A DNA stretch of 64,000 nt from a virus (taxonomy: Duplodnaviria; Caudoviricetes), in IMG/VR virus record IMGVR_UViG_3300043464_002149; one strand, 5' to 3'. Numbering within the stretch: the stretch's first letter is position 1; every line of letters starts with the position of its first letter. The notes under the pieces are model-generated. The model had not been told where the DNA came from. It searched no databases and worked only from the letters and a program-made list of their open reading frames with translations. Below are positions 58,137 through 64,000 of this stretch, in pieces. The translations under genes were made by a program, and so were the position numbers.

Positions 58137-59453
58137 TTATATTGATTGACAACTTCCTGCTGAACTGAAATAACCAGCATTAGATGGGTGGAACACTTGT
58201 TTTGTTTGGCCATCATAACATAACCAATAATTATTTCCAGTACCAAGTCCGGTTAATCCTGATGCGGTATATGTTGTTGCGTTACAGAATGTTGCAGATG
58301 GACTACCTAAATCAAAAGTATATGCCGTTCCTGAAGAACATTGTGACGATGATGGTTTTGTTGATGAGATAACTAGGTTTGCGAATGCTGTATTGTTAGG
58401 TGCTGATGCACAAGTAACATTATAGTCTTCGTTTGTTGACTGATCTGGACCAGAACTATCACCAACTAATATTGCATAATTACCATTTGTTAAACCTGTA
58501 ACAGTTCCATTATCTGATTGATTTCCAGTTGGGAATCCTTCAGGCCCTGAAATAATTGACCAGTAATAACCTGAACCAGTTCCACCACCAGTAATGTTAA
58601 CCGTTAATGTACCAGCATAGTTAGTACAACCAGTTGTTACTGTAAATGTTAATGGTGTTGCTGACGCACAACCAATAGTTACTGACCACGCATCTGATGG
58701 ATTAGGTGGATCAGCATCTGGGTTAGCTGGACCTACATCAACACGTAATTCATAAGACATACCTGCTTGGTATTCAAACGTAAATGAACCTGAACCATCA
58801 GGATCAGTTAAACTTCCAGCCGTACCCCAAGGTCCTGCATATGTATTATCAGATCCAACCCAACCGCTATTTGCTACTAACATACTATTTCCATAAATGT
58901 TAAATCTATTTGGTCTGTCATTACCAGTGTATGTTATCGTTATAGTGTCACCATCGGTAGCATCAGATAGATCCAAATACTTAGTTTGTGTTGTAAATGT
59001 AGAAGGTGTATATGTATCCGATACAGTATCACCACATCCATATGTTACTACTGTTGGAGTGGCTGTTGGTGTAGGTGTAGGTGTTGCAGTTGCTGTTGGC
59101 GTAGATGTTGCAGTTGCAGTAGGTGTTGGTGTACCACTACTTGTTGGTGTAGGTGTTGCCGTTGGTGTACTAGTCACAGTTGGTGTTGGTGTCGCAACAG
59201 CTCCCGGTAAACCAGTGATCGAAATACATTGTGTTGTTCCTGAACAGCTTCCACCATCAACTTTAACAAATAAACTTACAACATTATCCGGTATTCCTGT
59301 TATTGTTTTTGGAAATCCAGATACTGCTTGTGATGTAACTAAACTAGAGCAGCCACTACCACAAGACGCACCTGTACAACCTGATATTGATACAGTTTGT
59401 CCTGTAATTCCTTTACCTATTGTTCCTAAATCTACTGAAGCGCTAAATGCCAT
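58137..59453 (-). CDS. Cys/Thr/Gly-rich virion appendage protein with PT linker
   Basis: TPTPT linker between small Cys-containing beta domains. Confidence 0.65.
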   Translation of the reverse strand: MAFSASVDLGTIGKGITGQTVSISGCTGASCGSGCSSLVTSQAVSGFPKTITGIPDNVVSLFVKVDGGSCSGTTQCISITGLPGAVATPTPTVTSTPTATPTPTSSGTPTPTATATSTPTATATPTPTPTATPTVVTYGCGDTVSDTYTPSTFTTQTKYLDLSDATDGDTITITYTGNDRPNRFNIYGNSMLVANSGWVGSDNTYAGPWGTAGSLTDPDGSGSFTFEYQAGMSYELRVDVGPANPDADPPNPSDAWSVTIGCASATPLTFTVTTGCTNYAGTLTVNITGGGTGSGYYWSIISGPEGFPTGNQSDNGTVTGLTNGNYAILVGDSSGPDQSTNEDYNVTCASAPNNTAFANLVISSTKPSSSQCSSGTAYTFDLGSPSATFCNATTYTASGLTGLGTGNNYWLCYDGQTKQVFHPSNAGYFSSAGSCQSI

Positions 59454-59483
59454 ATCTTATAAATATTTATTTTATTTTTTTAA

Positions 59484-60656
59484 TTAATCTGATGGTAATA
59501 ATTCACCACCGCCACCTCCGGTCCCACCGCCGCCACTTCCGCCGCCACTTCCGCCGCCGCCAATTCCTCCATCACCACTATCTGTTGGTGTTGGTGTTGG
59601 TGTAACGGTTGGTGTTGGTGTTGGTATAATACACAAAGAATGGCCAGCTGTTAATACGCCATACGAATCAATTGATACTGTTTCGGGCTGGCAAGTACTT
59701 TCTTGACCACAATCTACAAATGAGGATGTTGTTATATCAACATAATTTGATAGTTGACCTGCAGTTATTGTTATATCAAATTGATCTGGTGATTGAGTAC
59801 CATAACACAAGTTTCTAGTGGCGTAAACACGTGCTGTTACATTAACAGACGAAGTTGCACTTAATGTGGCGGTAACTCTTGTAGTTGTAACATTATATGG
59901 GCCTTGATTTAGACAATTTATTTGAGTATAACTATCTGATAGACTAATACTTACACAACCACCTTCTGTTGTTTGTGTTACCGTTGGTGTAGGTGTTGGG
60001 GTTACTGTTGGCGTAGGTGTTGCAGTTGCTGTTGGGGTGCTAGTTGCTGTAGGTGTAGAAGTCGCAGTTGGTGTAGACGTACTTGTTGGTGTTGGCGTAG
60101 ACGTACTTGTTGGTGTTGGCGTAGACGTACTTGTTGGTGTTGGTGTTGATGTTTCACCTTCTGTAACTGTTGGGGTGGCTGTTGGTGTAGGCGTTGGTGT
60201 AGGTGTGGCAGTCGGTGTAGGGGTAATAACCGCTTCATATACTGATGAACCATTTTCAAATACACAATCTACTGTAGGTGTAGGTGTTGGTGTAGAAGTT
60301 GGTGTTGGTGTTGGTATAAGATATGATGATGTTCCACCAGTAAATAAACAACAATATATACAATCATCATAAATTTCCTGATGATTTGTAAATATGTTTT
60401 CAATTATATAATCACCAGTTACCGTGTCTAATATTTTAAACCAATATTGTGTACTATATGAAGCATTTGTAAATGTTATAGGATTTGTATTATAATAAGA
60501 ACCATCAGAACTTGCTTGATATGTTGTACCAGAATTTGGGTAATATGTATAACCAGTTGCTACAACAGATTCGTTACCTGCTGTTGCCCCAGTTTTATAT
60601 AACAACTTAAATGGGTTTGGTGAAACAATACCTTTTAATTTTAGATTTAATCCCAT
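59484..60656 (-). CDS. virion appendage protein with long PT linkers and Gly-rich tail
   Basis: First ATG at 60656 (MGLNLK); ~100-aa TP/TS tract. Confidence 0.65.
   Translation of the reverse strand: MGLNLKLKGIVSPNPFKLLYKTGATAGNESVVATGYTYYPNSGTTYQASSDGSYYNTNPITFTNASYSTQYWFKILDTVTGDYIIENIFTNHQEIYDDCIYCCLFTGGTSSYLIPTPTPTSTPTPTPTVDCVFENGSSVYEAVITPTPTATPTPTPTPTATPTVTEGETSTPTPTSTSTPTPTSTSTPTPTSTSTPTATSTPTATSTPTATATPTPTVTPTPTPTVTQTTEGGCVSISLSDSYTQINCLNQGPYNVTTTRVTATLSATSSVNVTARVYATRNLCYGTQSPDQFDITITAGQLSNYVDITTSSFVDCGQESTCQPETVSIDSYGVLTAGHSLCIIPTPTPTVTPTPTPTDSGDGGIGGGGSGGGSGGGGTGGGGGELLPSD
60067..60138. repeat. 24-bp tandem repeat (3 copies) encoding TPTSTSTP
   Basis: gttgg(t/c)gtagacgtacttgttggt at 60067, 60091 and 60115. 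Confidence 0.85.
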
Positions 60657-60691
60657 ACTACATAAATACAACTTTAATAAAATATAAATAA

Positions 60692-60717
60692 AAAACCCCT
60701 CGTTTTGAAGGGGTTTT
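60692..60717. terminator. probable bidirectional intrinsic terminator
   Basis: AAAACCCCT-N8-AGGGGTTTT. Confidence 0.7.
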
Positions 60718-60739
60718 ATTAATTATATTTAAATCACCT

Positions 60740-61318
60740 TTAAAGATTGGAATCTGAGTCTATTACTAATGCAACATAGTCTAACCCACTACTAGCTTGA
60801 ACGGTATGTGTGTATTGATTAGTACCTCCAACCGAGCTAGGACAAGTTGATGAACCGTTACCTGCCATTGGATATGTGTCTTGGCTAGTAAACACAACAC
60901 TATCATTTAAAGATAAACCTGAGATTGTTCCAATTAATCCACAATTTGATGGTAATGGGGTAACTACAATCAAACTAAATGATTGACCGCCATTAACAGT
61001 ATAAGTTATTGTTGCATTTTGTGGTGTAATATTTAAATCTTTACCATAAACTTCTAGGTCAACACCAGTTGATGGGCATATAATACCTGTTTCCCAAGCT
61101 TGTGTAGTTCCAGCGCATTCGCCGCCACTTGTTATTGTACCACCACTAATGTTATCATAAATTGTATTAATTGTTACACCTGTTGCTAATTGTGATTTTG
61201 TTGCACCAGTTACCAACCAATAAGTACTACCATCGCAAGTTGTACCTGAAATGTTAAAAGGCCCAGCAACATATGTTGCTCCTGTATAAAGTGAGTTTAG
61301 TGTGAACGTAATTTCCAT
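60740..61318 (-). CDS. Thr/Gly-rich virion protein
   Basis: YVAGPFNISGT N-terminal module; composition matches its neighbours. Confidence 0.6.
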   Translation of the reverse strand: MEITFTLNSLYTGATYVAGPFNISGTTCDGSTYWLVTGATKSQLATGVTINTIYDNISGGTITSGGECAGTTQAWETGIICPSTGVDLEVYGKDLNITPQNATITYTVNGGQSFSLIVVTPLPSNCGLIGTISGLSLNDSVVFTSQDTYPMAGNGSSTCPSSVGGTNQYTHTVQASSGLDYVALVIDSDSNL

Positions 61319-61371
61319 TGTTTTTTGTTTTTAATATAAATATCTGTTTATTTCAATTTATTTTATTTTTT

Positions 61372-64000
61372 TTATACTTGTGCACCACCTCCTCCGCCGG
61401 TACAATCATTACATGAAGTCCATACTGTTGAATACGATCCATCCGTTAAATGTGTCGCCTCTTGATCACATGTAGTACCAACATAATAATCTACTTGTAA
61501 ACACACATTATTTACTTTAACCGCTTTAGTTCCACCTAAGAATGCGCTAACCAATAAATCTGGTGATGTCATATAACCAACTAGATTATTGGTACAATTA
61601 ATTACTTGATACTTGTAATAAACCGCTTCATCCGCTAATACCGTAATTCCACTATTAGTCACACAACCATTAGCATCTGTAACTTCAACACAATAACCAC
61701 CAGACGTTAATCCTGTAACATTTCTACTAGTATCACCAGATGTGACATTTGTATATGTAGCTATTAATGTTCCGCCGCATGTTGTGTATGGCGCCGATTC
61801 ATCTTCATATAAACGATACGTTTTAGGCCATACACCACCAGTTGATGAAATTGTTAAGCTACCAGCACTTGGGTTTGCACATGTTGGATCAACAGCATTA
61901 GTTATTGAAGCACTTTGAGCTGTTGGTTGTGAAATTCCAACTTCGTATACCGCAACACAACCTTGTGAATCTTTAATATATATGCTATAAAGATCTGATG
62001 ATAAATTACTAAATGTTGTTGGGAATGATAGATAATTAGATCCATCAATTGAAAGCGTATAAACCCCGCTATTACCACCTTGAGGGCTTGATACCGAAAT
62101 TGAACCGTTTGAACCACCATTACATGTTACATTTGTTTGTGTAATAGTTGCACTTGGCGCACTCTTAGTCATATCAACAGTTATTGTTGAAGATTCGCAA
62201 CCAATAGTATCTCTAGATTGGAAAGTATGTGATGTGGCACTTAAATTATTAAATGTTGCATTGCTTGTCCAAGATCCAGAATTTACTCTATATTGATATG
62301 AACCATTACCACCAGATGCTGTTAATGTTACTGAACCATTACTTCCATTGTAACATGTTGTATATGTTATTGAAGAAGTTCCAACTGTAACTTGTGATGG
62401 TACAGTAATTGTTGCTGAATATGTTTGTACACAATCGGACCCATCTTTAATATAAATTGTATAATCGCCACCAGAAAGTGAACCATAATTTTGAGGTAGA
62501 CTAGCGTATGTACCACCAGCATTTAATTTAGACTGATATCCCGAACCAGCCCCACCTGTTCCATTTGAGACAGTAATTAAACCAGTACCCCCAAAACAAT
62601 TAGGATTACTAACATTCACTGTTGCGTTCGGTGCCGATTTACTCAATGTTTGTGTTGTAGTTGCAATACAACTATTGGCATCTGAAATATATAAAGTGTA
62701 TGTACCTGTACCCAATCCAGTAAACGAAGTTCCAGATTGATAATTTACACCATTTTTTGAATATACATATGGTGAAGTTCCTCCAGATCCGCTAACCGTA
62801 ATTGATCCGTCTGAACCATTCCAACATGTTGGATTTGCTGACGAACTAACACTAATAGAAAGCGCTGATGGTTGTGTAATTGTAACAGAAGTTGATCCAA
62901 CGCAATCATTTGCATCTTTTGCATATATTGTGTATGTACCAGGACCTAATCCACTAAATTCTTTTGGAATTGAGAAATAATTTATACTATCAATTGATGT
63001 TGTATATGGATTACCAATTCCTCCTGTACCTCCAGTTACTGTAATTGATGTTGTACCACCATTACAAGCGATATTATTATATGATACAGTAGGTGAAGGC
63101 GCTGTTCTATTAATGTTTCTTGCAATTGTATCTGTACAATCATTTGCATCTTTAACATATCCTGTATAGTTTCCATTTGGTAAACCAGTAAATGTACCAC
63201 TTGATTGATAGTTAATACCATCAATAGAATATGCATATGGTGGTGTACCACCAGTACCATGAAAAGATACACTACCATCACTTAAGTTATAACAAGATGG
63301 TGGCCAGTTATTATCACCAAAACCGCTGGCAACAAGAGGTGCTGCTGGTTGAGTGATTGTTATGCTGTACGTATTTTCACAATCAGAACTATCTTTAACA
63401 TAAATCGTATATGAACCCGCAGCTAAACCAGTATATGTTCTCGATGTTGTAATAACTTGATAAGTTCCACCTGAATTTAATTTTGTTGCGTATGGTCCAC
63501 CTTGTCCACCAGATAAACCAGATACTGTAATACTACCAGTTGATAAACCATAACACCCAACATTAACTTGTGATGTTGTTGCGGTTACTTGTGTTCTGTT
63601 TAATGTTACTGATGTTGATCCAGTACAACCATTATTATCTTTTGCATAAATTGTATATGAACCATTTGCTAGATTACTAAAAGTTGTTCCTGTTTGATAT
63701 GTTGATCCATCTTTTGAATATGTAAATCCAATACCAGATCCACCAGATGCTGTTGATACTGTAATGCTACCATTGGTACCACTAAAACAAGTTGGGTTTG
63801 TACCACTTGCACTAACAGATACGGTATTTGGTTCTGAAACAAATACACCCGTACTACCAACTTCACCATACGAATCTTTTGCATTAATTGTATATGAACC
63901 CGAAGTTAAACCGCTAAATGTTGTCGATGATTGATAATTTATTCCATCTTTTGAATATGTATAACTTGCAGTTCCTCCGGTAACACCTGAAACGGTTATA
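61372..64000 (-). CDS. SprB-repeat protein (partial; starts beyond the window)
   Basis: The frame of 61372..62715 (TTG start in the track) reads open from 63999, about 875 aa; repeats of NPTCxxxxDGSIxVxxSGGxxPYxYSxDG...F.GL..G.YTIY.KD.NxC. Confidence 0.85.
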   Translation of the reverse strand, partial: ITVSGVTGGTASYTYSKDGINYQSSTTFSGLTSGSYTINAKDSYGEVGSTGVFVSEPNTVSVSASGTNPTCFSGTNGSITVSTASGGSGIGFTYSKDGSTYQTGTTFSNLANGSYTIYAKDNNGCTGSTSVTLNRTQVTATTSQVNVGCYGLSTGSITVSGLSGGQGGPYATKLNSGGTYQVITTSRTYTGLAAGSYTIYVKDSSDCENTYSITITQPAAPLVASGFGDNNWPPSCYNLSDGSVSFHGTGGTPPYAYSIDGINYQSSGTFTGLPNGNYTGYVKDANDCTDTIARNINRTAPSPTVSYNNIACNGGTTSITVTGGTGGIGNPYTTSIDSINYFSIPKEFSGLGPGTYTIYAKDANDCVGSTSVTITQPSALSISVSSSANPTCWNGSDGSITVSGSGGTSPYVYSKNGVNYQSGTSFTGLGTGTYTLYISDANSCIATTTQTLSKSAPNATVNVSNPNCFGGTGLITVSNGTGGAGSGYQSKLNAGGTYASLPQNYGSLSGGDYTIYIKDGSDCVQTYSATITVPSQVTVGTSSITYTTCYNGSNGSVTLTASGGNGSYQYRVNSGSWTSNATFNNLSATSHTFQSRDTIGCESSTITVDMTKSAPSATITQTNVTCNGGSNGSISVSSPQGGNSGVYTLSIDGSNYLSFPTTFSNLSSDLYSIYIKDSQGCVAVYEVGISQPTAQSASITNAVDPTCANPSAGSLTISSTGGVWPKTYRLYEDESAPYTTCGGTLIATYTNVTSGDTSRNVTGLTSGGYCVEVTDANGCVTNSGITVLADEAVYYKYQVINCTNNLVGYMTSPDLLVSAFLGGTKAVKVNNVCLQVDYYVGTTCDQEATHLTDGSYSTVWTSCNDCTGGGGGAQV

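Noticed and set aside
58897-60372. Plus-strand ORFs 58897..59487, 58986..59210 and 60037..60372
   Set aside because: Reverse-frame translations of TP linkers.
1-64000. Stop-codon reassignment as seen in some large phages
   Set aside because: Conserved genes are full length in the standard code, and TAA, TAG and TGA all end genes at sensible positions.
1-64000. tRNA or rRNA genes
   Set aside because: Intergenic gaps are short and I found no cloverleaf with a T-loop GTTC; tRNAscan-SE would confirm.

Overview
An AT-rich (roughly 30% GC by eye, not computed), densely coding segment of a jumbo tailed-phage genome. Nearly all genes are on the minus strand and read in the standard code. A Bacteroidota host is inferred from the lack of Shine-Dalgarno motifs, a TAnnTTTG element upstream of clpP, an Hc1-like protein, SprB repeats and a Bacteroidota-style sigma-70. 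Blocks from left to right: (1) 1-10.4 kb, an enzyme cluster of three N-terminal-twitch radical SAM proteins, two GT7 glycosyltransferases with an internal LamG domain, stand-alone LamG proteins, further GT-like proteins and a methyltransferase; (2) 10.4-33.6 kb, two paralogous ~2,000-aa Ser/Thr-rich fibres, each followed by small LamG or fibrinogen-like lectin proteins sharing an N-terminal peptide, plus other tail proteins; (3) 33.6-48.4 kb, redox, AAA, NusG, Hc1, acidic head-type proteins, a degenerate amidase, membrane proteins, a sigma factor and ClpP; (4) 48.5-56 kb, DEDDh exonuclease, SbcC/SbcD, PD-(D/E)XK nuclease, primase and RuvC-like resolvase; (5) 56-64 kb, virion structural, PT-linker and SprB-repeat proteins. 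Best leads: a LamG-paired radical SAM/glycosyltransferase modification system beside S/T-rich fibres; a stalk-plus-swappable-lectin-tip fibre architecture; a hidden -1 frame extension behind an A10 run at 42617-42626; a gene whose 5' leader and 3' trailer can pair in a 14-bp helix; and a recurrent TATTTAT(A) upstream motif. No tRNA, rRNA, CRISPR array, integrase or transposase was seen. All family assignments come from motif recognition by eye; no database searches were run.
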